This document shows, in pieces, positions 27,135 through 34,952 of a stretch of 40,755 nt of DNA; within the stretch, counting starts at the first letter, position 1, and each line of letters opens with the position of its first letter. Below the pieces are notes generated by a model. It searched no databases. It had not been told where the DNA came from and was given only the letters and a program-made list of their open reading frames with translations. This stretch comes from a virus (lineage: Duplodnaviria; Caudoviricetes): positions 1 through 40,755 of the IMG/VR virus record IMGVR_UViG_3300017903_003108; one strand, 5' to 3'. Made by a program: the position numbers and the translations under genes.

Positions 27135-27531
27135 ACATAGAAATTATGTAGATAAAAAGATCGACACTGTCGATGAACTAATTAGAGACTTAGAATTCCA
27201 TGAGCCTGATCCATACGATTGGGTTGACGGCGATGGTCCTGGAGTTTACAACAAGATTGACTATGCCTTTAACGAAGGTGAGCTTCTTGACGAAATGCGG
27301 GAATATATCGATAGCACTTATGATGCCCACTATTCGCAATCTCAATATCAGTCTACCGAGATTATTGAAGATATGGGCCACGGAATGGGCTTTGCCCTAG
27401 GCAATGTGATTAAATATTGCCAACGATACGGTAAGAAACAAGGTTATAATCGAGCCGATCTAATGAAAGTTATTCACTATGGTCTTATCGCACTTGCCAT
27501 GCATGACCGCGAAGATCTTAATGAATACTAA
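27124..27531 (+). CDS. DUF3310-like protein
   Basis: HY..GFALGNVIKYCQRYGKK..DLMKVIHY motif. Confidence 0.8.
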   Translation: MPLEHRNYVDKKIDTVDELIRDLEFHEPDPYDWVDGDGPGVYNKIDYAFNEGELLDEMREYIDSTYDAHYSQSQYQSTEIIEDMGHGMGFALGNVIKYCQRYGKKQGYNRADLMKVIHYGLIALAMHDREDLNEY

Positions 27532-27543
27532 TATATAATTTAG

Positions 27544-27578
27544 AGAGGTGTGACAATATGACACCTCTTTTATTTTTT
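27544..27578 (+). terminator. Terminator-like hairpin upstream of the BMP gene
   Basis: AGAGGTGT/ACACCTCT stem and T-rich tail. Confidence 0.55.
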
Positions 27579-27605
27579 AACATTAACGCATGGAGTAGTA
27601 TTTTA

Positions 27606-28742
27606 ATGCTAAAAAACATTGTTGCCGGTTCAGCGGCACTAGCGATTGGTTTAGGTTTGGGAGCATATGCTTTCTTCCAATCATCGGTTGCTAATGCAGA
27701 TCCAACTAAAGTTGGATTTGTTTATGTAGGTCCTATCGGAGATTTGGGTTGGACTTATCGTCATGATGTTGGTCGTCTTGCTGTAGAAGAAGCATTTGGC
27801 GATGATGTTGAAACAACCTATCTTGAAATGGTGTCAGAAGGTCCTGCTGCAATCGATGCAATCACTGACTTGGCAGAAACCGGTCACGACATTATTTTTA
27901 CTACTTCATTTGGTTATATGGGACCAACGAATGAAGTTGCGGCAAGTTATCCAGATGTAGTATTCGAACATGCTACAGGATTCCTACGTGAATCTGATAA
28001 CGTATCTACTTACTCAGCACGTTTCTATGAAGCTCGGGTAGTTGAAGGTTTGATTGCTGCTAAAATGACCGAAACAAATAAGATCGGTTACATTGCATCA
28101 TTCCCAATTCCAGAAGTTATTCGTGGTATTAATGCATTCATGCTAGAAGCACAGAAGCATAATCCAGATGTAGAAGTTGACATTCGTTGGGTATTCACCT
28201 GGTTTGATCCAGCTAAAGAAGCAGCTGCAGCTCAAGATCTGATCGATAACGGTGCAGACATTATTGTTCAACATACAGACTCACCTGCACCAGTACAGAT
28301 GGCAGAAGCGAATGGTGTATATGCATTCGGCCAAGCGTCGAACATGGCACGGTTCGGTCCAAATGCTCACTTGGTATCAATCGTAGATGATTGGGATACT
28401 TACTATGTGGACCGAGTAGCAGATGTTATGGATGGAACTTGGTCATCCGAAGATACTTGGTGGGGCTTTACTAAAGACGGTAAAGGCGGCGAAGTAGGTA
28501 TGGTTGCACTAGAAAGCTATAACGAAGCAGCTATGGGTGCAGAACTAGTAGCAGAGGCTATGGCTTTGGAAGCAGCTCTTGCTAGCGGTGAACGCCATTC
28601 ATTCCCATGTGAAGGTCTATTGAAGCAAGACGGTTCAGTTCCAGAAGATTGTGCAAATGGAGCAGAGCATCTGGCTGATTATCCAGCACTTGTTACCATG
28701 GACTGGTACATTCAAGGAATTAATTCAGAAATTCCTAACTAA
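27606..28742 (+). CDS. BMP-family ABC transporter substrate-binding protein (purine/nucleoside type)
   Basis: Signal peptide; KVGFVYVGPIGDLGWTYRHD, IIFTTSFGY, FEHATG, FPIPEVIRGINAF, WFDPAKE and QHTDSPA motifs. Confidence 0.93.
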   Translation: MLKNIVAGSAALAIGLGLGAYAFFQSSVANADPTKVGFVYVGPIGDLGWTYRHDVGRLAVEEAFGDDVETTYLEMVSEGPAAIDAITDLAETGHDIIFTTSFGYMGPTNEVAASYPDVVFEHATGFLRESDNVSTYSARFYEARVVEGLIAAKMTETNKIGYIASFPIPEVIRGINAFMLEAQKHNPDVEVDIRWVFTWFDPAKEAAAAQDLIDNGADIIVQHTDSPAPVQMAEANGVYAFGQASNMARFGPNAHLVSIVDDWDTYYVDRVADVMDGTWSSEDTWWGFTKDGKGGEVGMVALESYNEAAMGAELVAEAMALEAALASGERHSFPCEGLLKQDGSVPEDCANGAEHLADYPALVTMDWYIQGINSEIPN

Positions 28743-28770
28743 TATAGAGACACTGCCAGTGTAGCAGAAG

Positions 28771-28797
28771 CGGGGAGCTTAATTGCTCCCCGTTTTT
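28771..28797 (+). terminator. Terminator between convergent BMP and aldolase genes
   Basis: CGGGGAGC-ttaatt-GCTCCCCG followed by T5. Confidence 0.85.
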
Positions 28798-29573
28798 CTT
28801 TTGTAGATAGAATAAACATTCTGTCTAAGTTTTATATCAAAAGCTGCGTCAGACATATCGTGCCTTAATCCTTCTAATAATGCACGACTAAACGATGCAT
28901 CAATATGTGGACATCTTTCCAAACGAGCAATAGACTTCTGAAGCGGATAGCCACCAGACAATCCAACAATTCTTTTTGCTTTGACGTTAGAATATCTACT
29001 AGCGCTTGAAGGTAAAGTCACTTTTACGATTATACCAGACAAATCTATTTTATCAAGTAGGTATTCCAACGAAAGTTCAATGATACCTTTATTTGGATTA
29101 TCAATGGAGATTTCTGGTTCCATAATCGGAGTATAACCCATACGTTTAATTTCGTATGCGTACTCGTATTGTTGATCTAGAATCTTACCAACATCATTTT
29201 CTGTATGGATTACTGATCGCATTTTAGTACCAGTAATTCCATATTCAGTTTTGGCAGTTTTTAAGATATCAAGATCAAAGTCTTTCATCGTGCCATCAAT
29301 ATTCATACCCTTATCGACTTTTAAATAAGTCTTGATTCCTTTATGCCTTAGTGGCTTAGAAAGTCCTCTGTGCATACTATCTTCAAATATGATAGCAGTA
29401 TCAATATGATCGTTGGTAAATGATGGTGAATTGACTATGCGCATTCTCATCGCATGAATCTCATTCATCATATCTTCGGTAGAAGTATCATCATCAACTT
29501 CAATACCGTAATTTTTTAGTGTTAGCGGTGTTGAACCACCACTTTGATCAAGTGCAGCAATAAATGTTTTCAT
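28779..29573 (-). CDS. Class I fructose-1,6-bisphosphate aldolase (bacterial type)
   Basis: FIAALDQSGGSTP, LKVDKG, GTKMRSVI, PIMEPE, VKVTLP, LSGGY and ASFSRAL motifs. Confidence 0.92.
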   Translation of the reverse strand: MKTFIAALDQSGGSTPLTLKNYGIEVDDDTSTEDMMNEIHAMRMRIVNSPSFTNDHIDTAIIFEDSMHRGLSKPLRHKGIKTYLKVDKGMNIDGTMKDFDLDILKTAKTEYGITGTKMRSVIHTENDVGKILDQQYEYAYEIKRMGYTPIMEPEISIDNPNKGIIELSLEYLLDKIDLSGIIVKVTLPSSASRYSNVKAKRIVGLSGGYPLQKSIARLERCPHIDASFSRALLEGLRHDMSDAAFDIKLRQNVYSIYKRKTGSN

Positions 29574-29582
29574 AATATCAAT

Positions 29583-29750
29583 TCAGTTTGGTTTTTTCTG
29601 TTTTTGGTCGAGCATGTATTCCAGACGCGGAATCAACCAACTAAGAAACAGTACCGCTGGTGTTAACATAAGTAATGGCAACAGAAGGACTGCTGCCAAT
29701 ATCCGCAGCAATCCGTCCATTAGACTCCACAGCAATTTTTCGAAGCTCAT
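29583..29750 (-). CDS. 55-aa membrane protein (MSFEKLLWSLMDGLLRILAAVLLLPLLMLTPAVLFLSWLIP..)
   Basis: AAGGTG SD; long hydrophobic segment and basic tail. Confidence 0.6.
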   Translation of the reverse strand: MSFEKLLWSLMDGLLRILAAVLLLPLLMLTPAVLFLSWLIPRLEYMLDQKQKKPN

Positions 29751-29764
29751 AAGCACCTTGAATA

Positions 29765-29902
29765 CTAATGTTTGGTCTTCTTCTTTCGAAGTCGTCTCAT
29801 TTTGCTGTAGTAGTTTTCTCTACGTTCCTCAACTATTTCGTTGGTGTATTCTCTTCGCTTACGAGCCGAAATCGTTTTGTGAATTCGTTCTGCTCTTTCC
29901 AT
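29765..29902 (-). CDS. 45-aa highly basic protein (MERAERIHKTISARKRRE..RRLRKKKTKH)
   Basis: GGAGGT SD; co-oriented with neighbours. Confidence 0.65.
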   Translation of the reverse strand: MERAERIHKTISARKRREYTNEIVEERRENYYSKMRRLRKKKTKH

Positions 29903-29915
29903 AAGTACCTCCAAT

Positions 29916-30503
29916 TTAGTTGGTTAGTGGGTTATCTAATGCCTCTTGAATAGTTTCTTTCAAATCAGTTTCTAGTTTATCCATATCTGCTTCAAGATCT
30001 AAAGTCGTAGTACGTAGTGTATCACGAACATCCTTTTCAGAGGCACGTACGGTTGATTCTACTTCACGGATGCTACTAGTAACATCACGCTGCAGTTCAC
30101 TCATTTCATCTCTAATTTCTTGTAAGGTTGCTTCAATAGTTGTTTGAGTAGCGCGAATGCGATCCTCTGATACATCTGCACGATTCGTCAAATCAGTACG
30201 AAGTTCCCTTACAACATTATCTATATAATCGATGCGCTCATCAATTTTGATAATGTCTTGCCGTAGATCATCCTTGATATCGCGAGTGTAATCAATTGCA
30301 TCATTCAGCTTTTGAATCTGCAATGTATTCGCTGCATTGATTTCATCTATATCGATATTCTGGATAATCTCTTTCATATCCATGTAATCTTTATAAATTT
30401 CAAAACCACCCCATGCGGCACCGCCAAGAGTTGACAGTGCAGCAAAGACGGCGACCATACGTCCGCCTTTGAAGGTCATTCCACCAAATTCAATTTCTGC
30501 CAT
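29916..30503 (-). CDS. Membrane-anchored coiled-coil protein
   Basis: N-terminal hydrophobic segment followed by long heptad-like region. Confidence 0.75.
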   Translation of the reverse strand: MAEIEFGGMTFKGGRMVAVFAALSTLGGAAWGGFEIYKDYMDMKEIIQNIDIDEINAANTLQIQKLNDAIDYTRDIKDDLRQDIIKIDERIDYIDNVVRELRTDLTNRADVSEDRIRATQTTIEATLQEIRDEMSELQRDVTSSIREVESTVRASEKDVRDTLRTTTLDLEADMDKLETDLKETIQEALDNPLTN

Positions 30504-30512
30504 TATTCTATC

Positions 30513-31016
30513 CTAAACTGGCGTAGCACGTCCATATTGATCAGTGTAACCTAAATCTACAATCGGCTTACGCTTATTCATAAAGTAGTTGTCCAAATCC
30601 AATTTCAACATTTGAGATTCAATTTCTTGTTGCAATTGTCTAGCTTTATCTAATGCTTGCTGAACGCTATGTTTACTAACAGCACCTTTTGCTAGCAATG
30701 CTTCTGTACCAACTCCTTGTTGAGCGCGGAAACGGCTTATGGCACTAGATTCTTCTGCCATTGCCCTGCTCCACTTCTTTCGCTTTTCGCCTGTAATTAA
30801 TTCAACAAGCTTATCGCTTTCGATATTATCATATTTGCGAGCAATCAAAGACGCAAGGTATCTAATACCATGGCGCCTAACCATATCAGGATTATCTTTC
30901 ATATATTGTACAAGTTCTTGTTTGGCCTGTTCAACATTAGCCTTCTTGCGCTTTAGTCTTCTAAAAACTCTTGCACCAAGAACATCTTCATTAATATATT
31001 CTTTAAACCCTAGCAT
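30513..31016 (-). CDS. Hypothetical protein, candidate internal head protein
   Basis: N-terminus MLGFKEYINE resembles the T4 capsid-targeting sequence. Confidence 0.6.
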   Translation of the reverse strand: MLGFKEYINEDVLGARVFRRLKRKKANVEQAKQELVQYMKDNPDMVRRHGIRYLASLIARKYDNIESDKLVELITGEKRKKWSRAMAEESSAISRFRAQQGVGTEALLAKGAVSKHSVQQALDKARQLQQEIESQMLKLDLDNYFMNKRKPIVDLGYTDQYGRATPV

Positions 31017-31020
31017 GTGA

Positions 31021-31554
31021 CTATACCTTTGGTTTTGTTGCAGGAGCAGCCGGCCGTAAAGCTGGCGTTGGCATAGGAGCTGCCAAGTTTACGCCTTTAT
31101 TAATAATTTCATCAGTATAATAAGTTTTTGCTGGAGTACCACCTTCATAGTCAATCATATGACGCATCATTGACTTCAATTTACCACGATCTTGTGAGAA
31201 ATCAATTACATCATTCACACCTATACCCATACGGCTAGCAACAGTTGAAGCATATGTAGATGTGTCGTTTTCGCTTGGCGGTGCCCAGCGGTTAATCATA
31301 CCAGCCACAGTGTTTAGTCCGTGCTTAGTTTGATAGTTATTCAATAACTTCGCCATGGCCCTTGCGCCAAATTCTGGGCTATTAAATGTGACATATGTTC
31401 CATCGTTACCCGAAGAACCATCCCACGTGTCACCGCTGATTTTAATATTGCCTGGATTATTGTTGCGAATGCTAAGCGGCTGAAGTTTAGTTTCTTCTGC
31501 GACTGCCATACCAGCAACTACGGATGAAGCAATGAATGCTTTAAATTTTAACAT
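31021..31554 (-). CDS. Lysozyme-like (peptidoglycan hydrolase-type) protein
   Basis: RNNNPGNI..F.SPEFG.RA..Y..GLNTV..I.RWAPPSENDT..Y motif; TAATG-coupled start at 31554. Confidence 0.75.
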   Translation of the reverse strand: MLKFKAFIASSVVAGMAVAEETKLQPLSIRNNNPGNIKISGDTWDGSSGNDGTYVTFNSPEFGARAMAKLLNNYQTKHGLNTVAGMINRWAPPSENDTSTYASTVASRMGIGVNDVIDFSQDRGKLKSMMRHMIDYEGGTPAKTYYTDEIINKGVNLAAPMPTPALRPAAPATKPKV

Positions 31555-31859
31555 TAGGCTTCCCATGGTTTGCCTGTTGAAATCAGGCTTTTCTTTTCGT
31601 TAATCTTATTTTCAATTAATTTACGATATGCCGAAGAGTCTAGGGATTCTTTTACCCACGTCAAACAATTTTGTTCAGTAACACTGTCATATGAAATGAA
31701 GTCTGGAGCAGAAGGATCTGGAGATAGCTTAGTAATACCAGAAATAGAATGTGTGTCAGGGCTGTCATTTCCAGAAAAAGTCCAATCGATTTTTACGATA
31801 CCGCCATCTGACGTAAGGCGATGGGTATTATCAATTGTCCATGTATATGTAATAGCCAT
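31554..31859 (-). CDS. Small virion/tail-associated protein of marine phages
   Basis: MAITYTWTI..FISYDSVTEQNCLTWVK pattern. Confidence 0.6.
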   Translation of the reverse strand: MAITYTWTIDNTHRLTSDGGIVKIDWTFSGNDSPDTHSISGITKLSPDPSAPDFISYDSVTEQNCLTWVKESLDSSAYRKLIENKINEKKSLISTGKPWEA

Positions 31860-31860
31860 T

Positions 31861-32304
31861 TTAATTCTCGAACTGTAGAGCTCTAAGCCTGCGAACTTCT
31901 GCTTCCAGCCTCATCAACTCTAATGATTGTTTTTGCAATTCCAACTCATAAAGCCTATTACAATCAATGCGAGATCCTGGAGTTGCACCCAATGGAATAA
32001 TAATCCTTGCATACAAACCAATATCACCTACACGTTGACCATTGATGTAAGCTCCATAGTTGTTTATGTAACCATTATTTATAATACCTGTTACACCAAA
32101 CTCTAAGTTCGTGGCCGATCCAATTGCCATAGAGCAATCCAAATCACCAGTTCTAAAACTATCAGACTGATAATTGCCAGCTGCGTTGGGTAATTGGAGA
32201 TTAAGTGAACTAGACTGTCCATTGGCTACCTTACTAAGAAAGCAAAATACTAACAAAACCATTAGAATTCCACTTAAAGCTAACAATCTGCTATAACGAT
32301 CCAT
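31861..32304 (-). CDS. Exported protein with Cys-bounded amphipathic beta segment and C-terminal coiled coil
   Basis: Signal peptide; DC..LEFGV..VGDIGLYARIIIPLG..IDC followed by heptads. Confidence 0.7.
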   Translation of the reverse strand: MDRYSRLLALSGILMVLLVFCFLSKVANGQSSSLNLQLPNAAGNYQSDSFRTGDLDCSMAIGSATNLEFGVTGIINNGYINNYGAYINGQRVGDIGLYARIIIPLGATPGSRIDCNRLYELELQKQSLELMRLEAEVRRLRALQFEN

Positions 32305-32306
32305 GA

Positions 32307-32687
32307 TTATTTCACCCTTGAACATATTTTAGTGGCTAAACCAGATGTTTCAACGTCACTACTCAATATTTTTGATAACGAACATATGTATTCAATCTTG
32401 TCTACATCGCTAGCCCGCACATAAAGATCAATATTTTTTCGCTCGGTATATTTTACATTGATTAATCTTTCTGCCGCAGCAAATTCTATAGGATTCCATT
32501 CGCTATCAAAAATACTTATCTCATAATATGATATATCTTCTCGTTTATTGAATAGCGTCATAGTAGTCATTAAAACGCCATCCATATACGAAGACTCGAA
32601 TTTTGGATAAGTTGGTGTCCATTCATGGGCGAAAGCGGCACTACTAATGAGTGCCGCTGCCAAAGTACTAATTAGTTTGCGATACAT
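32307..32687 (-). CDS. Exported protein, possible fimbrial-chaperone-like Ig fold
   Basis: Signal peptide ending AFA; HEWTPTY..MTLFNKRED..YEISIFD beta pattern. Confidence 0.6.
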   Translation of the reverse strand: MYRKLISTLAAALISSAAFAHEWTPTYPKFESSYMDGVLMTTMTLFNKREDISYYEISIFDSEWNPIEFAAAERLINVKYTERKNIDLYVRASDVDKIEYICSLSKILSSDVETSGLATKICSRVK

Positions 32688-33172
32688 TCTGCTGTCACGT
32701 TTGCTGTATATTCACCACCCGGAAGTGATTTGCCATAACCATAAGTCACAGAAGATTCAATCTTAAACCAAACTGAACCAGACTGTGTCAAATCATATTC
32801 TGTAACATTATCATACTCAACTTTGTAAGTCTCGTAGTCTGACATAGCTACATCAGAAACCTGACTAACTTGCACCTCGCCATCCCATGTTACTGCATCA
32901 GTTAAAGTTGGAGCAGACGAGAATGAGTTTGGCCATGCAATTTTGGCTGTATAGTAATCAGCAATTGTTACGTCGTATCTCACGACAGGCAATACACCGC
33001 CATCAAAAGGACTAGTGCTAAGAGTATCAGGGTTAGGGTTCCCATAAACACCCACCGTATCAGTGTAAATTGTACACTTAGATGAAACATTACCGGAAAT
33101 CGGAACGTTATCCGCACCGGCGATGGATGCAACTGTTGCGGCCACACCCACCATAAGAATATTCTTGAACAT
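32672..33172 (-). CDS. Exported protein, possible pilin (Csu/spore-coat-U-like)
   Basis: Signal peptide; N-terminal VPISGNVSSKCTI and C-terminal GGEYTANVTAEC. Confidence 0.6.
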   Translation of the reverse strand: MFKNILMVGVAATVASIAGADNVPISGNVSSKCTIYTDTVGVYGNPNPDTLSTSPFDGGVLPVVRYDVTIADYYTAKIAWPNSFSSAPTLTDAVTWDGEVQVSQVSDVAMSDYETYKVEYDNVTEYDLTQSGSVWFKIESSVTYGYGKSLPGGEYTANVTAECIAN

Positions 33173-33180
33173 TATATCTC

Positions 33181-34089
33181 CTATTGTTCTCTATCGTATT
33201 GTGAGCGAACCATTGTTCTGTGTGTGCCGTCTGAGGCCAAATCTCTCAACGCTCTGTTATTATCTGGCAATAATGTATCGGTCAATGTTAACGATTCTTG
33301 GTATTCTCCACCGTAAATTGTTACACCATAATATGGAATAATTGTTGGTTGGCCACTCAATTCAAATAATATTGCATCCTGTATAGGGGTATCAACTAAT
33401 CCTCCAACCTCAGGGTCGACACGCAGTCTTCCCTCGAATTCTTCTTCTATATTTTCTTCTTCATTAGTATCTATAGTTATTTCGTCTTCATCAAGTTCTG
33501 CTTCACGCTCTAATTGTATTTGTACCCATTCATCATAGTATGGATCATCAGCAGATAGATCTTCCAAATCTTTTAGATAATCATATAAAGCATCCATATA
33601 TCCTGGACATTCAGGACTAACAAGCGGATTCGTGCATATTACTGCTTGTTCGCCAATATCCATTTTATAGAAATAAATTACCGATGGATCTGAGATTACT
33701 CCATTGCCATCGACATATATTTCTCCATTTCCCCATCGATTTGCATCGACTTCAGGAAAAGTAAAATATCTGAAGATTGAATTTCCTGGAATTCCACTCC
33801 AGTCATCAACTTCTTCAAAAATATACCCACCGTTTACGGCATCTTCATTGCGAATATAAACTACTACATCTTCGTTCTCATCTTTTGTCATAACATAATA
33901 GTATGACAGTCCATTAACCTCAAGCGAAATATGCGGAGCCGAGTAATCAGGAAGAACATCTCCCATTACCCAATTTAATCCATTTACGGCAGCATTATCT
34001 GTGCCACCATAAAGTGTCTCACTGTAAGAGGAAGAACAAAAGACCAGCGACGACGCCAGCACCAATGAGTGTAGATGTAGTTTCTTCAT
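33181..34089 (-). CDS. Exported acidic protein
   Basis: Signal peptide; beta-rich domain, C..P...P.CPGY motif and acidic linker. Confidence 0.7.
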   Translation of the reverse strand: MKKLHLHSLVLASSLVFCSSSYSETLYGGTDNAAVNGLNWVMGDVLPDYSAPHISLEVNGLSYYYVMTKDENEDVVVYIRNEDAVNGGYIFEEVDDWSGIPGNSIFRYFTFPEVDANRWGNGEIYVDGNGVISDPSVIYFYKMDIGEQAVICTNPLVSPECPGYMDALYDYLKDLEDLSADDPYYDEWVQIQLEREAELDEDEITIDTNEEENIEEEFEGRLRVDPEVGGLVDTPIQDAILFELSGQPTIIPYYGVTIYGGEYQESLTLTDTLLPDNNRALRDLASDGTHRTMVRSQYDREQ

Positions 34090-34588
34090 TTAAATTACCT
34101 AACGGAATTGCAGCACCACTATTTGCATCTGGTCTTAATGCTACATTCTCAGGATTATTCCATGCATCTTTTGCTTGCTGACCAATCATTCCATCAAATG
34201 GACATGGAGTTCCAGCATCCATCATTGCTTGAAATACTCGTGGATCTTGGCACATTACCGATACAGCAGCAACTTTCATGCCCATATCGTATAAGGTTTT
34301 CGCGTTTTTTAGTTTCTCACAATTCATATCTCGAATTGTTGAACCAGCTGAAATACCTAGAATCTGTGTTTGCACCGCTCCTGCAACACCAAACGTACAA
34401 AGATCAGAATTTGCAGTATTGATAGTTGGTGATATAGCGGACGGTGGTGGTGATACAACGGTTGTAGTTGAATCACTATTTGAAGTCACAGTACTTTCGT
34501 TGTAACTCTCGGTTATAATTGGATCCGATTGTGCAAAAGCCGATAATGAAATCATCAAACTCGCCACGGAAGCTAAAAGCTTACGCAT
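34019..34588 (-). CDS. Exported Cys-rich conserved phage protein with C-terminal hydrophobic anchor
   Basis: Signal peptide; SPPPSAISP..DLC..GAVQTQILGIS..NCEKLK..MGMKVAAVSVMCQD..AGTPCP. Confidence 0.75.
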   Translation of the reverse strand: MRKLLASVASLMISLSAFAQSDPIITESYNESTVTSNSDSTTTVVSPPPSAISPTINTANSDLCTFGVAGAVQTQILGISAGSTIRDMNCEKLKNAKTLYDMGMKVAAVSVMCQDPRVFQAMMDAGTPCPFDGMIGQQAKDAWNNPENVALRPDANSGAAIPLGNLNEETTSTLIGAGVVAGLLFFLLQ

Positions 34589-34621
34589 ACATATTACCTT
34601 TCAGGCTACTCATTATGAAAG

Positions 34622-34629
34622 TATTTATA
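34622..34629 (-). promoter_or_regulatory. T4-type late promoter for the minus-strand exported-protein operon
   Basis: TATTTATA on + strand is TATAAATA on -, about 34 nt upstream of ATG 34588. Confidence 0.8.
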
Positions 34630-34639
34630 CCAAAAACTA

Positions 34640-34668
34640 TTTACATTTCTTAAAATCTTTGGTATAAT
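34640..34668 (+). promoter_or_regulatory. Sigma70-like promoter for tmRNA
   Basis: TTTACA-17 nt-TATAAT. Confidence 0.85.
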
Positions 34669-34674
34669 AAATAA

Positions 34675-34914
34675 TCACGTTCTTGTTGAGGATTCGACAA
34701 AAGCTATACAGGACGCGGGGGCAGTACCCGCCGTCTCCACCATAAGCACATCTTTTTGGGTGTTTTTATGATGGGGACGAAATAGGATCGACTGGTAGTA
34801 AGTAGCTTATCTGAGAGAACACGATAATAGTTGCAAACGATAACTTTGCTCCTGAGGTTCGCCTAGCGGCATAATCTCACGGGGTGGCCACTTCCCTTGG
34901 AACAGAAAAGTGGC
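34675..34914 (+). ncRNA. ssrA: Two-piece circularly permuted tmRNA, alphaproteobacterial type; tag (A)ANDNFAPEVRLAA
   Basis: Acceptor piece with T-arm GCGGG-GGCAGTA-CCCGC and CGTCTCCACCA (ends 34742); intervening hairpin; coding piece starts GGGGACG (34773) giving G3.U70; tag ORF 34833-34874. Outer ends approximate. Confidence 0.95.
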
Positions 34915-34952
34915 ATTTTGTTATAACGGTTTTTAATTAAAGGAACATACGT

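Noticed and set aside
27540-27605. Purine riboswitch upstream of the BMP gene
   Set aside because: Only a single hairpin with a T tract; no three-way-junction aptamer consensus and too little space.
29614-29953. Plus-strand ORFs 29614-29904 and 29768-29953 from the ORF track
   Set aside because: Shadows of two minus-strand micro-genes that have proper SD sequences and match the local gene orientation.
34711-34742. tRNA gene (T-arm plus CCA)
   Set aside because: No anticodon arm, and the 5' acceptor strand lies downstream; it is the tRNA-like domain of the permuted tmRNA.
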